Origin: an uncultured Syntrophales bacterium
GTDB taxonomy: Bacteria; Desulfobacterota; Desulfomonilia; Desulfomonilales; Desulfomonilaceae
DNA: 64,000 bases
Assembly (NCBI GenBank): GCA_964385875.1
Contig: CAYLRL010000001.1
Coordinates: forward strand, 112,131 to 176,130
Direction: 5' to 3'
The position numbers were made by a program, and so were the translations under genes. Positions within the stretch are counted from its first letter, which is position 1, and each line of letters begins with the position of its first letter. The notes under the pieces are model-generated. The model saw nothing but the letters and a program-made list of their open reading frames with translations, had not been told where the DNA came from and ran no database searches. This document shows, one piece after another, positions 37,968-47,066 of the stretch.

Positions 37968-38840
37968 ATGAAAGCGGCCCATCTTTCAGACCTTCATCTC
38001 GGGCGCCGCACGTCCGGCGAAAAACTGAAATCGCTGACAACGGATCTGCTCTACGGACGCCCGGATGTGCTCATCGTGAGCGGAGACGTAACCGACCGCG
38101 GCTCGGTCGCTCAGTTCAAGTGGGCCCGGGAATTTCTCGACGCGCTGGCTATACCCTATATTGCGGTTCCGGGAAATCGGGAGATCGGCCTGACCGCGCC
38201 GTGGGAATGGATGTTCCCGCGGACCGCCATGAATCGTTTCAGCCGATACTTCGGTCCGAAAGACCGCGTGGTTTATGTGTCCGAAGAGCACAAGGCGGCG
38301 TTTTTCGGACTCAACTCGGTACACTGGTTCCCGTCGTGGCCCGGCTCGATCACCCGCGAAACCCGGTACTGGCTTCGCGAGGAGACTGCGCGCTACCCGG
38401 GCTATTTCAAGGCCGTCTTTCTCCACCATCCGGTCCTGCCGGTCATCCGGGGGTCGTCCTTTTGGGCTCACACATTCACCGAAGCCGGTGAAGTATTGAA
38501 CATCTGCACGGAAAACGGCGTCTCCCTTGTTATGCAGGGCCATAAACATCGATCCGCCATTATGGAGTTTACCGCAACGGAACGCAACGCCACGGTGATC
38601 GTATCGGCCGGAGGAGCGCCGCTCATGCCGTTTTGGGATTCCTCGTACCACCTGATCCGAATCACTGCTGATCGTTTCACGGTGAGCACGCGGGATTTCG
38701 TCGACAACAAATTCCAGGATACCGCAATATTCAGCTTTCCTCTCGAGAACGGAGTCATTCCCGGACGCTCGCTATCCGTGCCTGCCACTGATCCGGACGC
38801 CGGCGAACACGCCGCGATTCGATTCTCTCCGGCCCCCTAG
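37968..38840 (+). CDS. Calcineurin-like metallophosphoesterase
   Basis: The metallophosphoesterase signature motifs are all present: LSDLHLG (DxH), SGDVTDRG (GDxxDR), VPGNRE (GNHE-like) and QGHKHR. Confidence 0.8.
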   Translation: MKAAHLSDLHLGRRTSGEKLKSLTTDLLYGRPDVLIVSGDVTDRGSVAQFKWAREFLDALAIPYIAVPGNREIGLTAPWEWMFPRTAMNRFSRYFGPKDRVVYVSEEHKAAFFGLNSVHWFPSWPGSITRETRYWLREETARYPGYFKAVFLHHPVLPVIRGSSFWAHTFTEAGEVLNICTENGVSLVMQGHKHRSAIMEFTATERNATVIVSAGGAPLMPFWDSSYHLIRITADRFTVSTRDFVDNKFQDTAIFSFPLENGVIPGRSLSVPATDPDAGEHAAIRFSPAP

Positions 38841-39538
38841 GCGGCGCCGTCTGACCGGCTTTCCATGCGGTTCCGCTTATTTTCCTCCGCGTCGGAACGT
38901 CGAATATAGAGCGGCGCGACTGTGTGCAATTCACTACGCGCTCCACGACGCACTCTTTGGAGCGCCAGGAACGCGCACGCCGGCGCGGAGGGCGTCAATC
39001 CCGGTCGGATGGTCACTCGCGAAGACGCCAACTCGGGCCCCAGTTCCGGGTGCGCGCACAGAATCACTTCCTCGGAGATCTTCTGGAGCCCCCGGACGAA
39101 GTCGTTCCGATCCCGGAGGGCGGGCTCTTCGAGCAGACGCAGGACCCCGGCTTCCTTGCGATAGGACGCGGTGTAGAGCTGGGATCGCTTCGCGTCGATC
39201 GCCGCGACTCCCCGTTCACCCTCCTGCAGGGCCTGCCACGCGAGAATCTCGAGAGAGTCGACACCGTAGAGAGGCTTTCCGAGCGCGAGCGCCATTCCTT
39301 TCATAGTCGCGAGGCCGATTCTCACTCCGGAGAACGATCCCGGGCCCACCGCTGCAGCGAAGCAATCGATCTCGGAGGGTTGCAGGTCGAGCGCGGAAAG
39401 AAGATCGAAGATCACGGGCGTGAGGCGTTCCAAATGCTCTCTCCCCGGGGGAAGCTCTCTCTTGGCGACCGCGAGATCGTCCTGGACGATCGCCGCGCCG
39501 AGCGTCGGAGTCGTCGTATGAACCGCCAATATGATCAC
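38837..39538 (-). CDS. tsaB: tRNA t6A37 biosynthesis protein TsaB (YeaZ)
   Basis: N-terminal MIILAVHTTTPTLGAAIV, followed by VGPGSFSGVRIGLATMKGMALALGKPLYGV. Confidence 0.85.
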   Translation of the reverse strand: MIILAVHTTTPTLGAAIVQDDLAVAKRELPPGREHLERLTPVIFDLLSALDLQPSEIDCFAAAVGPGSFSGVRIGLATMKGMALALGKPLYGVDSLEILAWQALQEGERGVAAIDAKRSQLYTASYRKEAGVLRLLEEPALRDRNDFVRGLQKISEEVILCAHPELGPELASSRVTIRPGLTPSAPACAFLALQRVRRGARSELHTVAPLYIRRSDAEENKRNRMESRSDGAA

Positions 39539-39587
39539 GAACGATTCTCCGATGAGAGATGCGATCGATCCGAACCGGTCCGATCGG

Positions 39588-40667
39588 CTATTTGGGTTGA
39601 AGGGACCAGCCCTGAGTTAATACTCGAGTGATATCGTTATAGAAGACGAGCACCATCAGGAAGATGATGAAGACCAGGCCCGCATGGGTTGCGATCTCTC
39701 TGACCTTGCCAGTGACCGGCCTGCGGATGACCGCTTCGATGGCGAAGAACATCAGATGCCCGCCGTCGAGAATCGGCACCGGCAAGAGGTTGATGATCGC
39801 GAGGTTGATGCTGATGAAACTCAGCAGGAATATGAAGTAGGAGACGCCCGCTTTGAGGCTCTCTCCCGACGCCTGAACGATCGTGATGGGGCCGGAGAGG
39901 GCTTTCGAGCTCATCTCTCCTTTGACGATCCTGACGAGGGTCTCGACAACGAGGCCCGTCAGGTGAAAGGTGAAGCGCGTCCCCTCGTATATCGCGCCGA
40001 CAAATCCTAATTCGATTTCTTTCCCGGACGGCGCGACGCCGATCTGTCCCCGAGGATTGCCGAAAAGGTCCTTCTGTTCGGACAGTTGCGGCGTGATGGG
40101 AATCTTTTTGGTTTGACCGTCGCGCTCAACGCTGAGAACAATCTGCTGCTCGGGCTTCTTCTCGATGAGCCTGCGCATGTCTTCCCATCGCTTGACGGAC
40201 ACGCCGTCGACCGCAGTCACGGTGTCGCCGGCTTTGACTCCGGCTTCCATGGCGGGCGTATTCTCGATGACCTTACCGATTTCGCTGGCGTAGACCGGTC
40301 GCCATCCCGCCGCGAAGCCTATGCACAGAAGGACCATGGCGATGATGTAGTTGGACAACGGTCCGGCGGCGACCACCGCCATGCGCGCGAGCAGGGGTTT
40401 GCCGGAAAAGGATCGTCCTTCGTCTTCCGGCGAGACTTCCTCGTCCGACTCGGGGTCCTCCCCAAGCAGCTTGACATAACCCCCGAGGGGTATCCAACTG
40501 AGAATATATTCCGTCTCCCCCCATTTTCGTTTGATCGCAGCTGGCGGAAAGCCGAGAGAGAACTTGAGCACCTTGACCCCGACCGACTTGGCGACCAGGA
40601 AGTGTCCGAATTCATGAACGAAGATCAAAACACCCAGAAGAATGACGAATCCTATGAAATACTCCAA
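39588..40667 (-). CDS. rseP: RIP site-2 metalloprotease RseP (M50, PDZ)
   Basis: HEFGHFLVA is the HExxH motif. A PDZ segment (PAMEAGVKAGDTVTAVDG) and NLLPVPILDGGH are also present. Confidence 0.9.
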   Translation of the reverse strand: MEYFIGFVILLGVLIFVHEFGHFLVAKSVGVKVLKFSLGFPPAAIKRKWGETEYILSWIPLGGYVKLLGEDPESDEEVSPEDEGRSFSGKPLLARMAVVAAGPLSNYIIAMVLLCIGFAAGWRPVYASEIGKVIENTPAMEAGVKAGDTVTAVDGVSVKRWEDMRRLIEKKPEQQIVLSVERDGQTKKIPITPQLSEQKDLFGNPRGQIGVAPSGKEIELGFVGAIYEGTRFTFHLTGLVVETLVRIVKGEMSSKALSGPITIVQASGESLKAGVSYFIFLLSFISINLAIINLLPVPILDGGHLMFFAIEAVIRRPVTGKVREIATHAGLVFIIFLMVLVFYNDITRVLTQGWSLQPK

Positions 40668-40786
40668 TATTTCAGCCTCCGAGCCGATCTTGAAGGGGGA
40701 ACGATTTCACTTATTGACGATTCCCCTTTGAAATTGTTCCGATTAAATATAGAATCTTTTGCCTGGAAAACAAGCCCTTTTCTCCA

Positions 40787-41446
40787 TTGAGCGGTGGAGC
40801 CTTGAAGATAGGAATTCTCGGCGGCACTTTCAATCCTCCTCATTTCGGGCATCTTCGACTGGCCGAAGAGGCGGTCGACGAACACGGTCTCGATCGCGTC
40901 ATGTTCATTCCCGCATTTATACCGCCCCATAAGGGTCCGGAAAACGTCGCTCGATCGAATCATCGCCTCGAGATGACCCGAACCGCATGTCGAGAAAACC
41001 CCCGTTTTGAGGTCTCCGATTGGGAAATCAGGCGCGAAGGGCTGTCGTACACCGTCAAGACGCTGGCGCATTTCGACTCCTCCCTGGATGGGGATCTCTA
41101 CTTCATCATGGGGACGGATTCACTGAGGGAGATGCGCACGTGGAAAGCGGCGGAACGGCTGCCGGCGCTCGCCAACTTCCTCGTGGTCGCGCGTCCCGGA
41201 ACCGAGTTCGATGCGGCGTGGGAGGAGCTTCCCGAACGCATCCGCACAGAGTATCGGCGGGAAGGAGATCGGCTCGTTCATACGAGCTCGAAGATATTGA
41301 TTCCGTCACCGGTTCGAGGGCTCGCTGTCTCCTCGACGCGTATCCGAGATCTCTTGAAAGAAGGGCGCAGCATTCGATATCTTGTGCCCGAAGCGGTGAG
41401 GGAGCATATTATGCGCAACAGCTTATATGGGTCGAATTATTCATGA
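40787..41446 (+). CDS. nadD: Nicotinate-nucleotide adenylyltransferase NadD
   Basis: It carries GILGGTFNPPHFGHL and a C-terminal SSTRIR motif. The start is TTG (40787 or 40802). Confidence 0.85.
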   Translation: MSGGALKIGILGGTFNPPHFGHLRLAEEAVDEHGLDRVMFIPAFIPPHKGPENVARSNHRLEMTRTACRENPRFEVSDWEIRREGLSYTVKTLAHFDSSLDGDLYFIMGTDSLREMRTWKAAERLPALANFLVVARPGTEFDAAWEELPERIRTEYRREGDRLVHTSSKILIPSPVRGLAVSSTRIRDLLKEGRSIRYLVPEAVREHIMRNSLYGSNYS

Positions 41447-41880
41447 AATCCCCAACCAGAGTATCCGCTTCTCCATCCAAGGAAAAGGCCGAATCGCTCC
41501 TCAGGGCGGCGCTCTCCAAGAAAGCCCAAAATCCCGTACTCATTCGAATGGACGGCATCACGACGCTCGCCGACTATTTTCTCATCGTGTCGGGCCGCTC
41601 ACCAAGGCATGCCACGGCGGTGGCCGAAGCCGTCCTCATGGACGGCCGTAAGCGGAAGCTCCCCAAATACTCGGAGGAAGGCGTCCGGGAGGGGACGTGG
41701 GCTTTACTGGATTTCGGGGATGTGGTCGTCCATGTGTTTCACGAACCCGTTCGGCAATTCTACGACCTGGAAGGCCTCTGGGCGGAAGCCCCGCGTGAGG
41801 AGTTTCCCCCGGATCTTCGCCAAGAGATCGAAGAGGCCCAAGAGACAGCTGAAGACGAAGACGAATGGGACGAGTGGTAG
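41443..41880 (+). CDS. rsfS: Ribosomal silencing factor RsfS (iojap)
   Basis: An ATGA overlap joins it to the nadD stop. The motifs are LADYFLIVSGRSPRHATAVAEAV and WALLDFGDVVVHVF...R.FYDLEGLW. An acidic tail follows. Confidence 0.85.
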   Translation: MKSPTRVSASPSKEKAESLLRAALSKKAQNPVLIRMDGITTLADYFLIVSGRSPRHATAVAEAVLMDGRKRKLPKYSEEGVREGTWALLDFGDVVVHVFHEPVRQFYDLEGLWAEAPREEFPPDLRQEIEEAQETAEDEDEWDEW

Positions 41881-41902
41881 GCGCGATCTCTGCGATTTCG
41901 CC

Positions 41903-42202
41903 CTACTTTTTGAAGAGCTCCTCCAGCTTCTGTTTCGCCTTGGCTGCCCGGTCGGCGCCGCCCACCGACAACGCGTCCTGCCGGAGCGTGAAGTAATCGC
42001 AGAAATTGCGGCGATCCTTTACTTCTTCCTTTTCCGCTTGGGGCTCACGGCATTGGTTCGGCGCGGTCTCGTCGTAGTCCCTGCAGTTCAGGCAGCAATG
42101 AACGTCCGAGCCGCATTGGGGACAGGTGTCGTTCCGGAACGGTCGTTCTTCGAACACCAACTCAACGCCGCAATGATGGCATACGCCCTTTTTCATGATC
42201 AT
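41903..42202 (-). CDS. Small Cys-rich zinc-ribbon protein (99 aa)
   Basis: The CHHCG...CPQCG...CCLNC pairs suggest two zinc knuckles. The tail is K/E-rich and helical. No family name recalled. Confidence 0.55.
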   Translation of the reverse strand: MIMKKGVCHHCGVELVFEERPFRNDTCPQCGSDVHCCLNCRDYDETAPNQCREPQAEKEEVKDRRNFCDYFTLRQDALSVGGADRAAKAKQKLEELFKK

Positions 42203-42412
42203 CCTCTTGCGCCGGTTTTTTCAGGCGGCTATGGTATACCGGTTCGGGGCGATCCATCAACAGGTGGATTTTATCCGTCGGAAGGCCGAACGCGCGGCAG
42301 GGCGGTCGGAGATGTCCGACGCCCCCGCCCGAGCGTCCTCGCGTTCGGGGTTGATTTCGGCCGGGCTCGCTCGGACGCGATCCGGTTCAGGATCATATCG
42401 GAGAATGTTGCT

Positions 42413-42823
42413 ATGGAAGAGAGCTTCCTCGTTCGATTGCCCAAAGGCGCGGACCTCCTCGAGTCCATAACCCGGGCCTTTCAAGACCGTTCGATCAAGA
42501 AGGGCGCCTTCAACCTCGTAGGCGCGGTTGATAAGGCCGTCATCGCCTATTACGACCCGAATACCCGGGAGTATGGGAACCAGGAATTACCGGGGCTCCT
42601 CGAAATCGCCGCGTGCATGGGAAACGTCTCGGAGAAGGACGGAGACACCTTTGTTCACGCCCACATCGTCCTCGGTCGTCCCGATTTCAGCTGCGCGGGC
42701 GGTCATCTCATGCCGGGGACGATCATCTTTGCGGCCGAGCTCTATGGATATCCGGTTCCGGGAACGGTTCCGATTCGTGAATTCGATGAACCCACAGGCC
42801 TTGCGCTCTGGTCGAACGCGTGA
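42413..42823 (+). CDS. PPC (DUF296) domain protein
   Basis: ATG 42413. The core LEIAACMGNVS...FVHAHIVLGRPDFSCAGGHLMPGTIIFAAELYGY matches the PPC/DUF296 core as I remember it. The upstream 268 codons of track ORF 41609..42823 are not credible. Confidence 0.7.
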   Translation: MEESFLVRLPKGADLLESITRAFQDRSIKKGAFNLVGAVDKAVIAYYDPNTREYGNQELPGLLEIAACMGNVSEKDGDTFVHAHIVLGRPDFSCAGGHLMPGTIIFAAELYGYPVPGTVPIREFDEPTGLALWSNA

Positions 42824-42970
42824 CGCTTCCGGCGTTTGGCCGGTTCCGGACGAGTCGAAAACATGACGGCCGTCGCGGGAGTGAGCCGGCGACAGCGCTC
42901 GACATCGGCGTGCGGCTGAGGGTTCGCTCCGAACCACATTCTGCCGTTCGCGTGGAAGGGACCTGAATTT

Positions 42971-43915
42971 GTGCGTCTGAACGACATCATCCTCTTCATT
43001 GTGGTCTTCGGCTCGATGGCGCTTGCGGTGTACGTGCCGAGTATGGGCAAAGTTTTTCAGCCCTACCTCGTCTATTTCATGATGTCGCTGCTTTTTTTGA
43101 GCTTCATCCGTATCGATTTCAAGGCGCTGTTGGACACGTCCGCGACGGCTGCGGTTCGGCTGGCGATCCTTGCGTTTATCAAGCTTGTCGCGCTTCCCGC
43201 TGCGCTCTACGGTCTGACGCTTATGCTCGCGCCCGAGTATGCGGTCCCGGTCCTGCTGCTCTCGGGAATCTCGACGGGCGTGGTCGCGCCGTTCATCGGA
43301 AGTCTCATCGATGCAGACATCGCCCGCATTCTCCGTATGGTGATTGTCACATCGCTGATCGTTCCGTTTTCGCTGCCGGTGCTCGTCAAGATTCTCGCAG
43401 GCGCGGAAATGACCATCCCCGTGGGGGTGATGATCCGGCTGCTGGCGTTCGTGATTTTTGTTCCCATCGCCGCGGTGGCGCTTCTGAGGAGGTTCGCTCC
43501 GAGAGTCCTGGAAGAGGTGGGCCGCCGCGCGTTTCCGCTCTCGTTGACGTTCTTCGCGCTCTGCAACCTCGGCGTTTTCTCCAAGTATTCGTCGTTCTTC
43601 TTCGAATACCCGGGCAAGCTTGTCTTCTGTGTGGCTCTCGCATATGCGCTCTCCGTCGTCTATTACGGGACCGGCTTTCTCGTGACCGTGGGAAAACCGA
43701 TGTCCGAGCGACTCGCCGCGGGGGTCGGGCTCGGCGTCATGAACAACGTTCTGGTTATCGTTTTTTCTTCGGAGTTCTTCGGGCCGCTCTCGCCGACCCT
43801 GGCCGCGATGTATATGTTTCCCTTCTATACGATGATCGTCCCGGTGAAACTGATCGCGAATTACCTGTCCGATCCCGCGGAGACGACCGCAAGGTCCCCG
43901 GGGGGGAGCGATTAG
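42971..43915 (+). CDS. Polytopic membrane transporter, bile-acid:sodium-symporter (BASS/SBF)-like
   Basis: A 314-aa protein with about 9-10 TM segments and a general resemblance to SBF-like carriers. The assignment is tentative. Confidence 0.5.
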   Translation: MRLNDIILFIVVFGSMALAVYVPSMGKVFQPYLVYFMMSLLFLSFIRIDFKALLDTSATAAVRLAILAFIKLVALPAALYGLTLMLAPEYAVPVLLLSGISTGVVAPFIGSLIDADIARILRMVIVTSLIVPFSLPVLVKILAGAEMTIPVGVMIRLLAFVIFVPIAAVALLRRFAPRVLEEVGRRAFPLSLTFFALCNLGVFSKYSSFFFEYPGKLVFCVALAYALSVVYYGTGFLVTVGKPMSERLAAGVGLGVMNNVLVIVFSSEFFGPLSPTLAAMYMFPFYTMIVPVKLIANYLSDPAETTARSPGGSD

Positions 43916-43968
43916 CCGATCCGCGCGCATTGATAAGATTCAGCGAAAGGTAAGACGTCCGACCGATT

Positions 43969-44982
43969 ATGACGAAGACACCCCCCCGCTTGGTTCTCGC
44001 CCTCCTCTGCGTCTGCGCTCTTCTTGGCCAATCATGCAGGCTCGGGTCGGACGATTCGTTTGTTCGGATTGACCGCTTGCTCCTCGGCACGCTCGTCCAG
44101 ATCACAGTGGGAGGGGAGCGGAAACAGGCGCAATTGGCCGCGGAAGCCGCGGCGGATGAAATCAAACGCGTCGAGGCGCTCACCTCGTTTCACGCTTCCT
44201 CCGAACTCACCGAGATCAACGACCGCGCCGGCGACGAGTCAGTTTCCGTCGATCCCGAGCTCGCCGCGCTCATCCGCCGAAGCCTTGAACTTTCGAGACA
44301 AACCGACGGCGCGTTCGACCCGACCGTCGGGTCGCTCTCGACGCTGTGGAACTTCAGCGGCGAAAAACCTCGAGTTCCCGAGGCCTCGGAGATCGCGGAC
44401 GCGCTCGCGTCCATCGGCCGGGACCGCGTGACGGTCGATCAGGGCGCCGCCGCGGTTCGGCCGGCTGAAAAGGGGACGGCGCTGGACCTCGGGGCCGTCG
44501 CGAAGGGATACGCGCTCGACCGCGCCGCCGCGGCGCTGAAACGCCTCGGTGTCGAGCACGCGTTGATCAACGCCGGCGGAGACATCATCGTGGTCGGCGG
44601 CAAGACCGATGAAACGCCGTGGCGCGTCGGAGTTCGGGACCCTCGAACGCCGGGGGGCGTCGTCGCGATAGCGGAACTCACCGAGGGGGCCATCGTAACG
44701 TCGGGCGACTACGAACGGTACTTCGAGAGCGACGGAGTCCGTTGGCACCACATTCTCGACCCGAAGACCGGCTATCCGGCAACCGGCATGCAGTCGGTCA
44801 CCATCGTCGCCCCGGACGGCGTCACCGCGGACGCTTTGGCGACCGGGGTGTTCGTGCTCGGACCGGAGAAAGGGATGCGACTCATCGAAGAAACGCCGGA
44901 CGTGGATGGGTTCTGTATCGACGGGGAGGGCCGGATATCGATGTCGTCCGGGGCGAAATCCCTTTTCAATATGAAGCGGTGA
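43969..44982 (+). CDS. apbE: FAD:protein FMN transferase ApbE
   Basis: It has a lipoprotein-like N-terminus and ApbE motifs (AFDPTVG, LDLGAVAKGYALD, INAGGDI, HHILDPKTGYPA, ADALATG). Confidence 0.85.
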   Translation: MTKTPPRLVLALLCVCALLGQSCRLGSDDSFVRIDRLLLGTLVQITVGGERKQAQLAAEAAADEIKRVEALTSFHASSELTEINDRAGDESVSVDPELAALIRRSLELSRQTDGAFDPTVGSLSTLWNFSGEKPRVPEASEIADALASIGRDRVTVDQGAAAVRPAEKGTALDLGAVAKGYALDRAAAALKRLGVEHALINAGGDIIVVGGKTDETPWRVGVRDPRTPGGVVAIAELTEGAIVTSGDYERYFESDGVRWHHILDPKTGYPATGMQSVTIVAPDGVTADALATGVFVLGPEKGMRLIEETPDVDGFCIDGEGRISMSSGAKSLFNMKR

Positions 44983-45054
44983 TTGCGTTTGACCTTGATT
45001 CACGGGCGGGAACAAGGTAGAATGCCATTTCGGTAGAGTGTTCGGACTGAAGCA

Positions 45055-45291
45055 ATGAAATCAACGATTCGAAAGCTGATCCTCATTCTTGCCCTTCTCG
45101 CCGCGACGGCCGCCACAGGCTGCGTCAGCTGTATTCCGCAGTACGTCGCGCCGCCTGAAGGACCGGTCTCGGGCTGCTATCCCGTCGGCCACGATCCCTA
45201 CGTGCCGATGGATCACAATCCGTCGATGCTCAATCCGTGGGATCTTCTCACGTCCGTCGCCGCGCCGTGGGTGTACGGCCCGCCTCGATAA
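45055..45291 (+). CDS. Small lipoprotein (78 aa)
   Basis: Signal peptide plus lipobox (LLAATAATGC). P-rich mature part. Confidence 0.5.
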   Translation: MKSTIRKLILILALLAATAATGCVSCIPQYVAPPEGPVSGCYPVGHDPYVPMDHNPSMLNPWDLLTSVAAPWVYGPPR

Positions 45292-45389
45292 GGCGCCGCA
45301 TTCAGTTTCACAGCAGTCACGCAAGCCGGGTCTTCGCGTTCGCGCCCACGGAGGCGCGTCGTCCGTAGATCGTGGGACGGCTCCGGCGT

Positions 45390-45989
45390 CTAGAAGCGCG
45401 GGCCCCGCGTTGCGGCCTTTTCCTGCCGATTGAAGCCGACGTACAACTCGGTGTAACGCTTCTTGATCCACTTGCGCGTGGCCAGGACGGCACGGGCATA
45501 GCGCTGCGCGGCTCTCGGATGGTCGCTGTTGTACGCGCTCAACGCGGGGACGATGTCCTTGTAGAGCGCGAGGTAGTATTTGAGCACCCGGAGCCCCGCG
45601 TCCGCGTTGTTTTCGGGGTTGAGCAGATCCCGGTAGGATAGGCCGAACTTTCGCGCCCACGACGGGGCATGGACTTGGAACATCCCTCGGCAGTTTCGAT
45701 GATTCACCACGTTGTTGCGGAAGCCGCTTTCCACGTAGACGATCGCCAGGAACAGCCACATGTCCCCGCATGTGACGCGACCGAAATGTTTGTTGCCCGC
45801 GCGAGCGATCGCCAAGGAAATCTCCTTGGCGTTGTCCGGGGCCACCCTCCCGTTCGTCATTTCCATGATGATCATCGAGCAAATGTCCATGCCGTGGCGA
45901 TGGACTCGAGCGGCGGTCGCGTCCTGATACCAAGCGGCCGTAAACAACATCGCCGCAATAATTATCCAGGCTTTGCGCCTCATTTGCAC
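45390..45989 (-). CDS. Lytic transglycosylase (SLT domain)
   Basis: It has a signal peptide. The SLT region reads AIVYVESGFRNNVVNHRNCRGMFQV...AGLRVLKYY, which includes the catalytic E-S and the MFQ motif. Confidence 0.8.
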   Translation of the reverse strand: MQMRRKAWIIIAAMLFTAAWYQDATAARVHRHGMDICSMIIMEMTNGRVAPDNAKEISLAIARAGNKHFGRVTCGDMWLFLAIVYVESGFRNNVVNHRNCRGMFQVHAPSWARKFGLSYRDLLNPENNADAGLRVLKYYLALYKDIVPALSAYNSDHPRAAQRYARAVLATRKWIKKRYTELYVGFNRQEKAATRGPRF

Positions 45990-46072
45990 ACCCTCCCGAT
46001 CTCGGAACGGACGCGCGCCCCACTGAGGGAGGCGCGCGTCACGTCGTAACCCCGACAGACGCTACCGCGCGA

Positions 46073-46426
46073 TCATTTGGGAAGCTCGGGTTTCTTCGGA
46101 ACGGGGATCGAGGCCGCGGACTTCTTGGACACGCGCTTGGCTTTGTCGTTTCCCCAGTATTCGAAGGGCATGGAGAGTGGCGACAGCGCAAGACCCGCAG
46201 TGGCCTTGACCAGATCCAGACAGGGGTTGAACAGTCCGAACGTGTTCCGGGCGATCCCGGTGAGTCGATCGTGCGTGTTTGCCGCAATCGACGTTCCCCT
46301 GTCATAAACCGAGTTTCCGGCGTTGACGACAACCGAACCCACGCTCTTTCCGGGATCGGCGAACGCCGTGACCGAAAAGGCGAGGGCTATGCAGAGAGAA
46401 AGGGCGATTATCAAAGCTCTAAACAT
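46073..46426 (-). CDS. Secreted hypothetical protein (117 aa)
   Basis: ATG 46426 follows GGAGGTGT. The signal peptide is MFRALIIALSLCIALAFSVTAFA, and the C-terminal tail is K-rich. Confidence 0.5.
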   Translation of the reverse strand: MFRALIIALSLCIALAFSVTAFADPGKSVGSVVVNAGNSVYDRGTSIAANTHDRLTGIARNTFGLFNPCLDLVKATAGLALSPLSMPFEYWGNDKAKRVSKKSAASIPVPKKPELPK

Positions 46427-46572
46427 GAGGTTACACCTCCGAATAATAGAAACTGCGTAATTATCCCATATTTTTATGTCTTTTGTCAAGCTCGTACGGT
46501 CGGGGGCTTTCCTTTAGGGCTCGTTCGTGCTAATAGTGATACGGAAAGCACTTTTCACGGAGAGGGTTGATC

Positions 46573-46914
46573 ATGAAAGCGATCGTCTTGCTGGTCGTAG
46601 CGGGTCTGTTCCTGTGCGCCCCTCTGGCGATGGGGCAACAGGCGCCGATGTATGACAACACATATCGCGGTCCGATGAATCAGTACGGCCACGCGGTGTA
46701 CAAGCCGTACATGACTCGACAACAGGCGGCCCAACAGCCCCGGTACGGCTACCCGGACAACGGTGTATTGCCGCAGGCCTGGAAGGGACTGAACAGAGTG
46801 GGGAACTACCTCTGGCAGTACATGCCCGCGCCCGTGCGAGGCGTTGAACCGCAATATCGCCGGGCTGCGGAACAGGGGAGCGTAAACGTCATATTCGTTC
46901 CGGGCAGCCGCTGA
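46573..46914 (+). CDS. Secreted Q/Y/P-rich small protein (113 aa)
   Basis: The signal peptide is MKAIVLLVVAGLFLCAPLAMG. The mature part begins QQAPMYDNTYRGPMNQYGHAVYKPYMTRQQAAQQPRYGYP... Confidence 0.5.
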   Translation: MKAIVLLVVAGLFLCAPLAMGQQAPMYDNTYRGPMNQYGHAVYKPYMTRQQAAQQPRYGYPDNGVLPQAWKGLNRVGNYLWQYMPAPVRGVEPQYRRAAEQGSVNVIFVPGSR

Positions 46915-47066
46915 GAATGTGCTCCAAAGCCGAGGCGCGAGCGGCGCGTCGAAAATCGGGCGCTTGACAACCCCTACGGAGACGATGTCGTGAAGAAGGG
47001 GGCGGTTCGGCTGCGGATCGTTCCCTTTTTCATTGAAGGTCGGGATTTTTCCATGAGGAGGAACGA

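Noticed and set aside
38837-38840. 4-nt tail-to-tail overlap (CTAG) of the metallophosphoesterase and tsaB stop codons
   Set aside because: This is real but trivial. Convergent stop-codon overlaps are common in compact genomes and imply no special mechanism.
41609-42412. First 268 codons of the 404-aa track ORF 41609..42823
   Set aside because: This part overlaps rsfS in another frame and is antisense to the zinc-ribbon gene. The PPC/DUF296-like sequence starts only at ATG 42413.
42587-43930. 447-aa minus-strand ORF rich in R/D/H/E, antisense to the BASS-like transporter
   Set aside because: The plus-strand frame encodes a coherent polytopic membrane protein, whereas the antisense product is highly charged low-complexity sequence.
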